Below are positions 27,531 through 37,139 of a stretch of 64,000 nucleotides of DNA, one piece after another. Both the position numbers and the translations under genes were made by a program. The first letter of the stretch is position 1. Every line of letters starts with the position of its first letter. Source of the DNA: an uncultured Gemmatimonadales bacterium (lineage in GTDB: Bacteria > Gemmatimonadota > Gemmatimonadetes > Gemmatimonadales > GWC2-71-9); the NCBI GenBank assembly GCA_963724265.1, contig CAVRTU010000004.1, forward strand, positions 133,263 to 197,262. The letters run 5' to 3'. A model generated the notes under the pieces. The model saw only the letters and a list, made by a program, of their open reading frames with translations. It did not search any database and was not told the origin of the DNA.

Positions 27531-27740
27531 TCAGGCGAGCTTGGTCACGTTCTCGGCTGCGGGGCCCTTGGCGCCCTGGACGACGTCGAACTCGACCTTG
27601 TCGCCCTCGGCCAGGGACTTGAAGCCCTCGCCGGTGATCGCCGAGTGGTGCACGAAGCAATCCTTCGCGCCACCCTCCGGGGTGATGAACCCGAAGCCCT
27701 TCGCATCATTGAACCACTTCACGGTGCCATTGGTACGCAT
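27531..27740 (-). CDS. cspA: Cold-shock protein (CspA family)
   Basis: [35 protein letters not shown] contains the RNP1/RNP2 motifs KGFGFI and VFVHH-like. Confidence 0.95.
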   Translation of the reverse strand: MRTNGTVKWFNDAKGFGFITPEGGAKDCFVHHSAITGEGFKSLAEGDKVEFDVVQGAKGPAAENVTKLA

Positions 27741-27994
27741 TGCAATACTCCTTCAAACTGGGTCGGCTCCCGGACTGGCCGGAGCGCCAACCTACTGTTC
27801 CCGTGACAATCCCTCACGGGGGGGTCCTGTCCACAACGCGGGGAACCTCCCCTCGTTGTCCGCGGTACGATGCCAAAAGGGGCCTCAGCTAGGCTGTGGC
27901 CCCTACGTCAACTCGGAACGTTGTCCGCGTCCTGGCGCATCGACCGCTGGAAGAAGCTACTCTGGCGACCGGAAAAGCGCAATGAGCGGGCTGG

Positions 27995-28594
27995 CTAGCG
28001 CCGTTTCCCCACCCACCAGCCCCCTGCGGCAGCCAGAAGGTCGAGGTCCTCCGAGAGCCCAGGCGGGGTCCCTTGCCCCACCACCCTCAGGCCGGGCAGT
28101 ACCGCACGGGCGGCGTCGGCCCGCCATCTCAGGTCCCCGTAGTCACTGCCGAGGACGACGCCCCGCATGGAGTCCGACTTGAGCGGCAGCGACGGAGATT
28201 GAAGCAGGCTGACAGCCGGCGACTCCGTCACCTCCTCCGGCGGGTTCACCGCCACGATGTGGATCCCGGGAAGCAGTGCCGCGAGCCCGGGCGCGAATCG
28301 AGCCGAATCACCGACCAGCGCGATGTAGCCGCCCGGCCCCGACAACCCGAGAAACGCCGCCATCGCCTCCGCCCCAATCGTCTCAACGGCATTGTCCTTC
28401 CCCTTCGACCTCTCCGACCTCTCCGACCCGAACACAGCCACCCCGTCAACGATCGGAAACTCCCGCCCACAGGCCAGGCATCCCAGCGTCCCGCTCCGCA
28501 CCGAGCGGTCGACCACCGGGCCGGGCAGCAGCACCAGAAACGCCTCGTCGTGGGCGGCGGGACAGCGGAGATGGTCGGTGAGTTCTATGAACAA
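27995..28594 (-). CDS. Trm112-like zinc-ribbon domain fused to a degenerate methyltransferase-like domain
   Basis: TTG start. LTDHLRCP...LGCLACGREFPIVDGVAVFG, then GGYIALVGD. An internal SERSERS comes from a 9-nt tandem repeat at 28406-28429. Confidence 0.5.
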   Translation of the reverse strand: MFIELTDHLRCPAAHDEAFLVLLPGPVVDRSVRSGTLGCLACGREFPIVDGVAVFGSERSERSKGKDNAVETIGAEAMAAFLGLSGPGGYIALVGDSARFAPGLAALLPGIHIVAVNPPEEVTESPAVSLLQSPSLPLKSDSMRGVVLGSDYGDLRWRADAARAVLPGLRVVGQGTPPGLSEDLDLLAAAGGWWVGKRR

Positions 28595-28620
28595 GGGAGC
28601 GGGGAGCAGGGAGCGGGGAC
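28595..28620. repeat. G-rich heptamer array (GGGAGCG GGGAGCA GGGAGCG GGGAC), a half-element
   Basis: Read directly from the sequence. It is complementary to 30227..30259, on the other side of the M23 peptidase gene. Confidence 0.8.
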
Positions 28621-28639
28621 CGGACCTGCCCGTCGAGGA

Positions 28640-30196
28640 TCAGGGCCGGAACTCGACCCAGGTCAGCTGACCCGCCACCACGGTCACCTTGCGGAAGACC
28701 TTCACCCCATCGATGTCGGTCCCGATGACGTAGGTGCCGGGCAGGACGTCGCTGACGGCGAAATCCTCGTTGTACAACGGGTGCGAGTGGGCCTTGTCGC
28801 CGTAGGTCTCGGCGTAGGAGAATGGCGTCTCGGTCGGGTCCGGCTTGACCAGCCCGTAGATTCGTGCCTGCGGCACCGGCCGGCCGGCAGTGTCCCTCAC
28901 CACACCGGCCACGATGCCGGTTCCCTGCAACGGATCGATCCAGAGTTCCGGGTTGGTGGTGTAGCGCGGATAGCGCTCAAGCGAGTCCACGATCAGCGCC
29001 ACGCTGTCCACCGGCGAGGCATGGACCTCGAGATGGAGATGATCGTTGGTGGCCCGGCCGGTGTTCCCGACCAGCGAGATGACCTGCCCGGTGGCCACCC
29101 GGTCGCCGACCTTCACCAGCAGCGACGAGTTGTGGTAATAGACCGAGTAGATGAAGTCCCGCGCGGTCGGCGTCGCGAGAATCGAGTCGTGGCGGATCGC
29201 CACGGTGAGGGCTCCCGCCTCGGCCGGCCCCGCGTAGACCACCACGCCACGCCCGATGGCGTGGACGGGCGTGCCATCGGCGTTGTTGAACTCGACGCCC
29301 TGGTGCTGCTGGAAGTTGCCTCCCATCGTCGAGCCGTACCGGTAGGTCTGATCGATGTAGGAATTGTCGTTCCGGCTGATGGGTCGGCGGAACCAGATGG
29401 TGAGCGGGTCCTTCGCCGAATCGGCCGCGGGAGCGGTGGGATGGTTGTAGCACGGCATCGTATCAACTGCGAGCCTGATGCCGCAGATCGTGCCCTTGAG
29501 TGCCACTCCGCCCACCACGACGCGGTCGAGGGGCGCGAACGACGCCACCGGCACCAGGGCGCCCAGCCAGCCGTCGGCGGTCAGGATGAGGCGCTGGTTG
29601 CCCTTGGGGGTGGCCACCAGGAGTCCGCGGCGATCCAGGCCGAGCCGGCGGATGTACTCGCTCTGGAGCACGGGGTAGGCGGTATCGGCGGGTCCGCGCG
29701 ATGGGGGGCCGACCGAGTCGATCAGGGCGGTCCAGTGCTGACCGTCGTCGGTCGTGAACTGGATGCCGTCGGCGGTTCCGACGAAGGCAGTATCGCCCCG
29801 GACCTGGATCCCGTTGGGTGCGACGTACTGCCACTCGGGGCCCAGCTGCGACAGGGTCCAGTTGCGCCAGGTCGTGCCGCCGTCGAGCGAGAGGCCCCAG
29901 CCGTTGCCGACGGTGCCGTACCAGATCTCGCCCCGCTGGCCGAAGGCGATGGCGTGCACGAAGTCCCAGCTCAGCGAGGTGGCGGTGGTGTCGTGGTGGA
30001 GGTTCTCCCAGGTCCGGCTCCCCGCCGGGAGGCGGAAGACGCCGCGGCCGTAGGTGCCGGCCCAGATCGTTCCCTGGTCGTCCCGGGCCAGCGCCAGGAC
30101 GTGCACCCCCCAGCCGGTGGAATCGGGCAGCGGGGGAAGGCCCTGCGCGGGGAGCAGGGAACGGGGAACGGGAAGCAGTGTGAGGGCAAGGAGCAT
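28640..30196 (-). CDS. Secreted M23 (LytM-type) peptidase with N-terminal propeller-like and C-terminal CarboxypepD_reg-like domains
   Basis: ATG 30196 (MLLALTLLPVPRSLLPAQG). The upstream 39 codons of the ORF are repeat sequence. M23 signature YHNSSLLVKVGDRVATGQVISLVGNTGRATNDHLHLEVH. Confidence 0.85.
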   Translation of the reverse strand: MLLALTLLPVPRSLLPAQGLPPLPDSTGWGVHVLALARDDQGTIWAGTYGRGVFRLPAGSRTWENLHHDTTATSLSWDFVHAIAFGQRGEIWYGTVGNGWGLSLDGGTTWRNWTLSQLGPEWQYVAPNGIQVRGDTAFVGTADGIQFTTDDGQHWTALIDSVGPPSRGPADTAYPVLQSEYIRRLGLDRRGLLVATPKGNQRLILTADGWLGALVPVASFAPLDRVVVGGVALKGTICGIRLAVDTMPCYNHPTAPAADSAKDPLTIWFRRPISRNDNSYIDQTYRYGSTMGGNFQQHQGVEFNNADGTPVHAIGRGVVVYAGPAEAGALTVAIRHDSILATPTARDFIYSVYYHNSSLLVKVGDRVATGQVISLVGNTGRATNDHLHLEVHASPVDSVALIVDSLERYPRYTTNPELWIDPLQGTGIVAGVVRDTAGRPVPQARIYGLVKPDPTETPFSYAETYGDKAHSHPLYNEDFAVSDVLPGTYVIGTDIDGVKVFRKVTVVAGQLTWVEFRP

Positions 30197-30226
30197 GGCA
30201 CGACTGAGCGAGCACGGCAAAAGGCG

Positions 30227-30259
30227 CTCCCGCTCCCCGCTCCCGGCTCCCTGCTCCCT
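30227..30259. repeat. C-rich heptamer array (CTCCCGCTCCCCGCTCCCGGCTCCCTGCTCCC), a half-element
   Basis: Lies between the folE stop (30261) and the M23 start (30196). Confidence 0.8.
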
Positions 30260-30260
30260 T

Positions 30261-30887
30261 CTAGTATTCACTGCCTCCCGCCCTTCCATGGACCAGCCGA
30301 TGGAATTCGGCACGGGTCCGGTTGTCGCTTCGGAAGATGCCGCGCACGGCGCTGGTCACCGTGTGCGAGTTCTGCTTTTCGACCCCGCGCATCGCCATGC
30401 AGAGATGGACCGCCTCGATCAGCACGCCGACCCCGTGCGGCGCGAGCACCCCCATGATCGCGTCGGCGATCTGGTCTGTGAGCCGCTCCTGGACCTGGAG
30501 CCGGCGGGCGAAAACGTCCACAATTCGGGGCAGTTTCGAGAGTCCGATGATCCGCCCACGCGGGATATATGCCACGTGGGCCACCCCGAAGAATGGCAGA
30601 AGGTGGTGCTCGCACATCGAGTAGAACTGGATGTCGCGCACCAGCACCATGTTCTGGTGGGACTGGTCGTCGAACACCGCGTCGCCCACGACGTCGGCCA
30701 CCGACTGGTGGTAGCCGCGGGTGAGAAAGCGATAGGCGGCCTCGACCCGGGCCGGGGTCTTCAGCAATCCCTCGCGGTCGGGGTCCTCGCCCAGCGCCTC
30801 GAGAATCTGGCGGACGGAGGGGGCGATCGGGGCGGGCTCGGCGGCGGTGTCACGCGCGGGGCGCTTACGCCCCTTCGTAGTCGACAT
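30261..30887 (-). CDS. folE: GTP cyclohydrolase I
   Basis: [13 protein letters not shown]-like block, [21 protein letters not shown], and [13 protein letters not shown]. Confidence 0.93.
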   Translation of the reverse strand: MSTTKGRKRPARDTAAEPAPIAPSVRQILEALGEDPDREGLLKTPARVEAAYRFLTRGYHQSVADVVGDAVFDDQSHQNMVLVRDIQFYSMCEHHLLPFFGVAHVAYIPRGRIIGLSKLPRIVDVFARRLQVQERLTDQIADAIMGVLAPHGVGVLIEAVHLCMAMRGVEKQNSHTVTSAVRGIFRSDNRTRAEFHRLVHGRAGGSEY

Positions 30888-31278
30888 AGTTCCTAGGGGT
30901 TTCCCAGAGTCGAACCCGCTTGAGGCGGCCGGCGGGGAGGTCGGGCGCCAGGACGTCCCAGCAGACCCGCGCGATGTTTTCGGCGGTCGGGATCAGATCG
31001 CGGAACCAGGGGACGTCGAGGTTCAGGTTCTTGTGGTCGAGGTGGCGGATCAGCCGTTCCTCCACGAGATTCTTGAGGAGGGCGATGTCAAGAACGTAGC
31101 CGGTCTCGGGATCGATCTCGCCCTCGACGGTGACCTCGAGCTCGTAGTTGTGGCCGTGGTAGTTCGGATTGTTGCACACGCCGAAAACCGCCCGGTTCCA
31201 GGCGTCGTCGCGCGCACCATTATGGAGACGGTGGGCCGCGTTGAAATGGGCCCGCCGCGTGACGGCACAGGTCGGCAT
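30865..31278 (-). CDS. queD: 6-carboxy-5,6,7,8-tetrahydropterin synthase
   Basis: The last 137 codons of ORF 30865..32421: [13 protein letters not shown]...[31 protein letters not shown]...LDHKNLN. It overlaps the folE start by 23 nt. Confidence 0.9.
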   Translation of the reverse strand: MPTCAVTRRAHFNAAHRLHNGARDDAWNRAVFGVCNNPNYHGHNYELEVTVEGEIDPETGYVLDIALLKNLVEERLIRHLDHKNLNLDVPWFRDLIPTAENIARVCWDVLAPDLPAGRLKRVRLWETPRNYVDYEGA

Positions 31279-31335
31279 CCGGACTCCGAGGCTCTGCCGG
31301 AAGATGAGCAGGCCCGGGGGGGAGTCAAGTTCCAC

Positions 31336-31372
31336 CCCCAAAAAGCAACGCGCCGGCCCGGGGGCCGGCGCG
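31336..31372 (-). terminator. Terminator-like hairpin inside the queD-folE leader (possible attenuator or riboswitch expression platform)
   Basis: Minus strand: CGCGCCGGCC-CCCG-GGCCGGCGCG followed by TTGCTTTTTGGGG. It lies 58-94 nt upstream of the queD ATG, with no upstream gene on that strand. Confidence 0.45.
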
Positions 31373-31582
31373 AGGATGGCGACAATGAAGAGGGTTATTG
31401 AAGCCCGATGAACAAAGCTTGGCGCCCTCACCACGACTTCTGTCTTCCCCCGGGGGGCATGACATCGGTCACAGCATGTGGGCCCACACCGGACCTGTTG
31501 GCTCAATAAGTGGGCTCCCCAGTGCCGCCGAACGAAGATAGGATTCGCACCCGACACCGTCAATCGGCCAGGATTTGACACT

Positions 31583-31735
31583 ATGCTGACGCTGCTCTTC
31601 GCCGTGATCTCGCTCACGCTCTGGGTGATCCTGACCTTCGTGACGCCGCTGGGCGTCGGCGCCGTCCACCTCCTCCTCGGTCTCGGCGCCGCCCTGCTGG
31701 TTCGCTGGTGGGCGCTGAGGAGCCCGGCACGGTGA
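31583..31735 (+). CDS. Small two-helix membrane protein (lmo0937-like family)
   Basis: MLTLLFAVISLTLWVILTFVTPLGVGAVHLLLGLGAALLVRWWALR. Confidence 0.55.
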   Translation: MLTLLFAVISLTLWVILTFVTPLGVGAVHLLLGLGAALLVRWWALRSPAR

Positions 31736-31764
31736 CTGCGCCGGCGGGGCTCGAGCGCCGCGAC

Positions 31765-33008
31765 ATGGCAGCGGGCATCATCGGGCTGGTGCTCGTCCTG
31801 GCCCTGCTCTGGAGCCTCAGGGAGGTTCTGAGCCCTCCGCTGCTGCTCCCGCTGGTCCTGGCGGTGCTCTGGCCGCTCAGAAACCGGGCGGGCGTGACCC
31901 AGCTGATGGCGGGCGCCACACTCCTGACCCTTTTCTGGCTGCTGCGGCTCTACGGCGGGCTCCTGGGACCCTTCGTCTTCGCGCTGGCGGGCGCCTACCT
32001 GGTTTCGCCGGCGGTGGACACCCTGGTCCGGCGCCGGGTTCCCCGGGCCCTGGCCATCCTCCTGGTCACCGTCCTGCCGCTCGTCATCGTCGGGCTCCTG
32101 GTGGCGGGCACCGGCCCCCAGCTCTGGGATCAGTTCACCGCGCTGGCGGGCCGGATTCCGCGCCTGGCCGAAACCCTCGTCGCCTGGTTCGAGGACATCC
32201 GGACCAACGTCTCCCGCCTCCACTTCCTTACCCGTGAGCAGCGCAACTGGCTGGGCACGCTGGACGCCTCCGATGTCTCGACCTACCTGCAGCGCCACGC
32301 CGACGCCATCCTGGCCCACGCGGTGAGCTGGGGGCTCAACGCCATGCAGCAGGTGGGCACCGTGGTCGGCTTCCTCGGCTATCTCGTCATCACCCCGGTC
32401 GTCACCTTCTACCTGCTCCACGACTGGCCGATGCTGGTGACCAGCCTCGAGAACATGGTGCCGCCCGCCCGCCGGCCCGCCATCCTGGGCTTCGTCCGCG
32501 AGTACGACGCCGCGCTCGGCCGCTGGATCCGGGGGCAGCTGATCGAAGCCACGGTGGTCGGCGTACCCTGACTGCGATCGGCCTGATGGTCGTCGGAGTG
32601 CCGAGCGCCGTGCTCCTGGGTCTCATCAACGGGGCCTTCAACGTGATCCCGTACATCGGCTTCACGATCGCCCTGGTACCGGGACTGATCATCGGGCTCT
32701 CGATGGACGATCCCGTCTCCGGCCTGTTGCGGGTCGGCGGGGTGTTCGTGGTGGTCAACCTGATCGACGGCAACGTCACCGGGCCCCGCTTCGTCGGACG
32801 CTCCGTCGGGTTGCATCCGGTGGCGATGATGCTGGCGATGGTGCTGGGCGGCGCGGTCCTTGGCTTCGTCGGCTTCGTGCTCGCCATACCGCTTGCCGCA
32901 CTGGCGAAGATGATCCTGGGGCGGATGGTGGGGCGGTACAAGAGGTCGGGATTTTACGGAGTTGGTGGCGAAGGGAGCGGGGAGCAGGGAGCGGTGAGCA
33001 GTCCTTGA
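31765..33008 (+). pseudogene. AI-2E family transporter (PerM/YhhT-like permease), one frame break near 32560
   Basis: ORF 31708..32571 joins 32586..33008 through ...LIEATVVG / TLTAIGLMVVGVPSAVLLGLINGAFNVIPYIG. The last codons (GEGSGEQGAVSS) lie in a repeat arm. Confidence 0.8.
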
Positions 33009-33038
33009 GAGCATCATTCACGGCTCCCTGCTCCCCCC
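32972..33038. repeat. Heptamer-armed hairpin between convergent genes
   Basis: GGGAGCGGGGAGCAGGGAGCGG ... loop ... CGGCTCCCTGCTCCCC. Confidence 0.75.
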
Positions 33039-33042
33039 GATC

Positions 33043-33448
33043 TACTGCATCTGCACCGCGAAGTTAATGGTCCCCGTGTAGCTGGTCAGCGTCACCCGAA
33101 TCGTCCAGTTCCCTGCACGCGCCGGTCGGCGGAGTGATGTCCCCGCTGGCGGGAACGGTCCCGTTGTAGACGATGGCCCCGTTGGCGTCCCTCAAGACCA
33201 GGTTGATCGTCCCCGAGGTCGTGTTGGTGGCCGGATGGATGATGACCTTTCCCGAACGAGCAGCTCCAGGTGTACTGGACCACGTCGTCGATGTTCTGGA
33301 GACCGGTCGCCTGGAAGCTGAAGACGACGTTGGGGGTATTCACAACCTGGGGCTGATACTTCGGGGCAAGGGCGTTGCTGCCACCGCACGCCACCGTGAG
33401 GAGGGTCAGGGCGAGGCCGGAAAGGGTGAGACGATGACCGGTGCGCAT
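33043..33448 (-). pseudogene. Small lipoprotein of unknown function, two frame breaks (about 33248 and 33115)
   Basis: MRTGHRLTLSGLALTLLTVACGGS...VVFSFQATGLQNIDDVVQYTWSCSFGK / VIIHPATNTTSGTINLVLRDANGAIVYNGTVPASGDITPPTG / NWTIRVTLTSYTGTINFAVQMQ*. Confidence 0.55.
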
Positions 33449-33763
33449 GATGCCTTTCTCCGTCTGCGGGTGTACGCCGCCAGGCGGCGAGGGTCGCTTC
33501 GCCGGCGGTGCTGCCACGGGATAAGGCAATCGGCGGACCAGCGCGGGGCGCGGGCGTGATTGCTCAACAATCGATTGTCAGGCTGGAGCTTGGAGGTCCG
33601 TGAAAATTTCTTGTGACGACCAGCGACACCGGAAGGCGCAACGGGGCGATACAGCGCGAACCAAGATGGAGACGCGTAGTTCTACCAACGTAGAGCAGAA
33701 CGCCGGGAGCGCTGCCTGTGTTGGACCGCACCGCTCCCAGCTCCCTTCTGCCCGCTCCTTCTC

Positions 33764-34738
33764 TCAGACCTCCCAGTTCGACCACACCACCGCCCCATCG
33801 GCCACCGGAGCCTCGGGATAGCTCCGGAGTGTCATCCGGAGATCGGTCCAATGAACCCGGTACCCCCGGTCGACCAGGAGGTGCCAGGCCTCGAGTGAGC
33901 GGCTCTGGCACCGGAACGACACCCGTGGAAGCTTGATCCTGAGCGCCGCCGCCTCCATCGCCCCGACCAGCGAGGTGAAGGCCCGGACATCCGAGGCGAC
34001 GACCTTGAGCACCCGGACCTCGTCGGCCGGCCGTCCCGCCGCCAGCGCGGCACTGTGCCAGAGCGCGAAGCCGCTGAGCGTTCCCCCCTCCCGGACCATG
34101 GCCACGTCCCCCAGGGCCAGCTCGCGGGTCAGCATAATCTCCCGCGTGTAGTCTCTGCCGGGCGCCAGCCGTGCCAGCAGCGACTGGCATTCCTCCACCT
34201 GCGCCCCGGCTCCCGGCCCCGGGGTCATCAGTTCCGGCGGCGGGGCGCCCCGGACCGGGCCTGCCAGCTCCCGGATCATCGTGACGGTCATGAACCCGGG
34301 TTCGAAGCCAAGCCGGCTGTAGAACCCGATGTTGTCCACCGTGCGCGGCATGGTCTCGAGCCCGACAGTGCGGGCGCCGCGGTCCTGCAGCCACCCGATG
34401 CCCGCCTCGAGCATCCCGCGCCCGATGCCGCGCCCCTGCCAGTCGCTGCTCACCGCCAGCGGCCCCATCCAGCCCTCGGCGCCCGAGCGGTGCACGATGT
34501 TGAAGCCGACGATCCCGCCGTCCCCGTCGCGCCAGACCATGGCGCCCTCCGCCGAATCCTCGAGCGCGTAGCGCCAGATGGCGGGATGGAGGAAGGGGAC
34601 ACGAACCCCCGTCATGCCGTCGCGGCGGTAGCGGTCGGTGAAGGCATCGGAAAAGACCCGATTGAGCGGCTCGATGTCGTCGAGCCCGGCCCGCTCGGGG
34701 CCCCAGACGTCACGGTTACGCGGCAAGGCCACTGGCAC
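33764..34738 (-). CDS. GNAT-family N-acetyltransferase (two-domain)
   Basis: VSSDWQGRGIGRGMLEAGIGWLQDRGARTVGLETMPRTVDNIGFYSRLGFEPG. Confidence 0.8.
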   Translation of the reverse strand: MPVALPRNRDVWGPERAGLDDIEPLNRVFSDAFTDRYRRDGMTGVRVPFLHPAIWRYALEDSAEGAMVWRDGDGGIVGFNIVHRSGAEGWMGPLAVSSDWQGRGIGRGMLEAGIGWLQDRGARTVGLETMPRTVDNIGFYSRLGFEPGFMTVTMIRELAGPVRGAPPPELMTPGPGAGAQVEECQSLLARLAPGRDYTREIMLTRELALGDVAMVREGGTLSGFALWHSAALAAGRPADEVRVLKVVASDVRAFTSLVGAMEAAALRIKLPRVSFRCQSRSLEAWHLLVDRGYRVHWTDLRMTLRSYPEAPVADGAVVWSNWEV

Positions 34739-37139
34739 CTCCCGGCTCCTCGTCGCGCACCCGGGCCACGTGGCTCTCCGGGTCGGCCTCGACCCGGATG
34801 ACCCGGTCGAACCCCTCGCGGACCGATTCGATGTGGGTGATGAGAATCACCTGCGGGAACCGGTCTGCCAGGCTCCGGAGCAGGTCGAGGACGGCCGTGC
34901 GGCGCTCCTCGTCCAGCGAGCCGAAGATCTCGTCCAGCACGAGAAGCGACAGCGGCTGGCCGGCGCGCTCGGCGATCATCTGGCTGATGGCCAGCCGCAG
35001 GGCGAGGTTCGCGATGTCCTCCTCGCCCCCCGAAATGACCCGCTTGGCTTCGCCGTCGTCGACGATGACGGGGACGTGGTCTTCGTCCAGCTCCAGCTCG
35101 GCGTAGCGGCCGTTGGACAGGTCGCCAAGGAAGGTGGAGGCCAGCTCCGAGAGATCCGGCCTGAGCTGGGTGTTGAGGTCGGTACGCAGGTCCCGCAGCG
35201 CCTCGTCCAGGTGGACCGTGATGGCGAGCTCGCGCTCCGATTCCTCAATGGCCCGGGTCCGCTCGGCCCGCTCCGCGCGGCGCTGCGCCACCTGGAGGCC
35301 CGCCTCCTCGGCACCCTGGCGTTCCAGGCCGGCCCGGGCCAGCGCCAGCTCGGCGTCGCGACGCCCCCGCTCGGTGGCTTCGAACGCCTCACGGGCGGCG
35401 CGGAAGGATTCCTCCGTGTACCCCAGTGAACTCATCTGTTCCCGCAGCGCCTTGGCCCGCCCCTCCTCGGCGCTCAGCTCCCGCTCGGCGACCTCGGCCT
35501 CACGCACCAGGACTTCGGCCCGGGCGGCGCTGCTCTTCAGGCGCTCCGCTTCCATGGCCACGGGCTCGATCTCCTCGAGCAGCCGGCGCACCTCGCGGTG
35601 CCGCGCCAGGTCATACACAGTGGCCGACTCGGCGACCTGGCGATCCAGTTCGGCGATCCGCGCGGCGACCCGGCGCTCCTCTTCGCGGAGCGCGGGGCCC
35701 TCCTTTTCCTGCGCCTCGACCCCGCCTACCCGGGTGGCCACCTCGGCCTGCTCCCGCTCCAGCCCCGTCAACTCCTGGTCGATGGCGACCAGCTCCGGCG
35801 GCTCCGCCTGCAGCTGCTCGATCCGCTGCTTGAAGTACTGGCCGTTGAACATCACCTCCTGCAGCTGCCGCTCGAGCAGGCCGAGGACCGTGTCGAACTC
35901 CTCGCCGAGCGGGCGGGAGCAGGTGGGACAGACGCCGGCGGCACCGGCATCGTGGATCCGCTGGTACTGATCCTTCAGATCCCGGTACTGGTCGACGAGG
36001 TTTTCGCGCCTGGAGCGTGCGTCCTGGAGGTCGCGCACCCAGGCGGTGCGCTGTTCCTCCGCCCGCGCCGCGAAAGCAATCACCTTCTCCTGCAGCGCGG
36101 CCAGCTCACCACGGACCGCGACCAGCTGGTCGGGGCCGGGCAGCCGCCGCAGCCGCTCGGCGACGCCGCCCAGCGCGCGGCGCAGCTCCTCGAGCTGGCC
36201 GAGCTGCGCCTGCCGGTCGGCGTGCGCCTCCGCCTGCCGATCGAGCTGCTGTCGCTCCGCCCGGAGCGCCTCGAGCGGGGCGACGCGCGGCCGGATCGCC
36301 TCCAGCTTGCTCCGGGCCTGGTTGGCCTCGACCAGCTGGAGATCGAGCCCCTGGAACCTGGTCCGGGCTGCCAGCACCTTGTGGTCGGCCACCCGCAGGT
36401 CGCCCTCGATGACCCGTACCGTCTCCTGCAGCCGCTGCATCTCCTGCCAGGCCGGCTCGGCCAGCGCCCGTCGGGAGTCGGCGGCGATGATCGCCTCTCG
36501 CGCGTGCCGCTCGTTCTCCGCGGCGTCCGCCACCCGTTCGGCTGCACGCCGGTCGCCGGCGTCGAGCTCGGCGAGCTCGGGGAGTCCCGCCGCCAGTCCC
36601 TGGAGCCGGGCCCTGAGGGTGGCCTTCTCCTCGCGCAGCCGGTCCTGGGCGGTGCGGAGCTTCTCGTACCCGAGGACGCGCGAGAGGAACTGGGCGCGCT
36701 CGACCGGCTTCATCGCCGCCATCACCGCCAGTTCCTTCTGGCCGGTGAAGTAGGTGTTGAAGAATTCCTCCTGGTTCATGCCCAGGAGGCGGCTGACCTT
36801 GTCGGAGACCGCCTGCAGGCTGTTGGCGATGGGCGACGGATCGCCGTCCTGGAACAGCTCGGCGTTGACCAGGCCCCGGATCACCCGGTAGTGGTGCGGA
36901 CCCAGGGTGAAGTCGAGCTCGACCCGCACCGGGGCGCGGGGCGGGGCGCCGCGGCGCCGGATCGACTCGCGGGTGCCGCGGGCCGCCGGGGTGCCGTACA
37001 TCGCCCAGGCGATCGCCTCGAGCAGTGTCGTCTTCCCCGCCCCGTTGGGCCCGATGATGCCGGTCAGCCCGGCGCCGAGCACCAGTTCGGTGTCCTCGTG
37101 CTGCCGGAAGTTCTGGAGCCGGAGGCGGTCGATCAGCAT
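34716..37139 (-). CDS. sbcC: SbcC/Rad50-type SMC-like ATPase
   Basis: Intact 807 aa. Walker A GPNGAGKTT, long coiled coil, zinc hook CPTC, signature SGGEEDIANLALRLA, Walker B LLVLDEIFGSLD. Confidence 0.92.
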   Translation of the reverse strand: MLIDRLRLQNFRQHEDTELVLGAGLTGIIGPNGAGKTTLLEAIAWAMYGTPAARGTRESIRRRGAPPRAPVRVELDFTLGPHHYRVIRGLVNAELFQDGDPSPIANSLQAVSDKVSRLLGMNQEEFFNTYFTGQKELAVMAAMKPVERAQFLSRVLGYEKLRTAQDRLREEKATLRARLQGLAAGLPELAELDAGDRRAAERVADAAENERHAREAIIAADSRRALAEPAWQEMQRLQETVRVIEGDLRVADHKVLAARTRFQGLDLQLVEANQARSKLEAIRPRVAPLEALRAERQQLDRQAEAHADRQAQLGQLEELRRALGGVAERLRRLPGPDQLVAVRGELAALQEKVIAFAARAEEQRTAWVRDLQDARSRRENLVDQYRDLKDQYQRIHDAGAAGVCPTCSRPLGEEFDTVLGLLERQLQEVMFNGQYFKQRIEQLQAEPPELVAIDQELTGLEREQAEVATRVGGVEAQEKEGPALREEERRVAARIAELDRQVAESATVYDLARHREVRRLLEEIEPVAMEAERLKSSAARAEVLVREAEVAERELSAEEGRAKALREQMSSLGYTEESFRAAREAFEATERGRRDAELALARAGLERQGAEEAGLQVAQRRAERAERTRAIEESERELAITVHLDEALRDLRTDLNTQLRPDLSELASTFLGDLSNGRYAELELDEDHVPVIVDDGEAKRVISGGEEDIANLALRLAISQMIAERAGQPLSLLVLDEIFGSLDEERRTAVLDLLRSLADRFPQVILITHIESVREGFDRVIRVEADPESHVARVRDEEPGGASGLAA

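Noticed and set aside
31386-31582. A preQ1-I riboswitch aptamer upstream of queD.
   Set aside because: A GGG-CUUCAAUAA-CCC mini-hairpin loosely resembles the P1 stem-loop, but the A-rich 3' tail of the consensus I remember is missing. I report it only as an unassigned leader with a terminator.
30865-32421. 518-aa minus-strand ORF.
   Set aside because: Only the 3'-terminal 137 codons (queD) are credible. The rest runs through the queD leader, the divergent small membrane-protein gene and antisense to the AI-2E permease.
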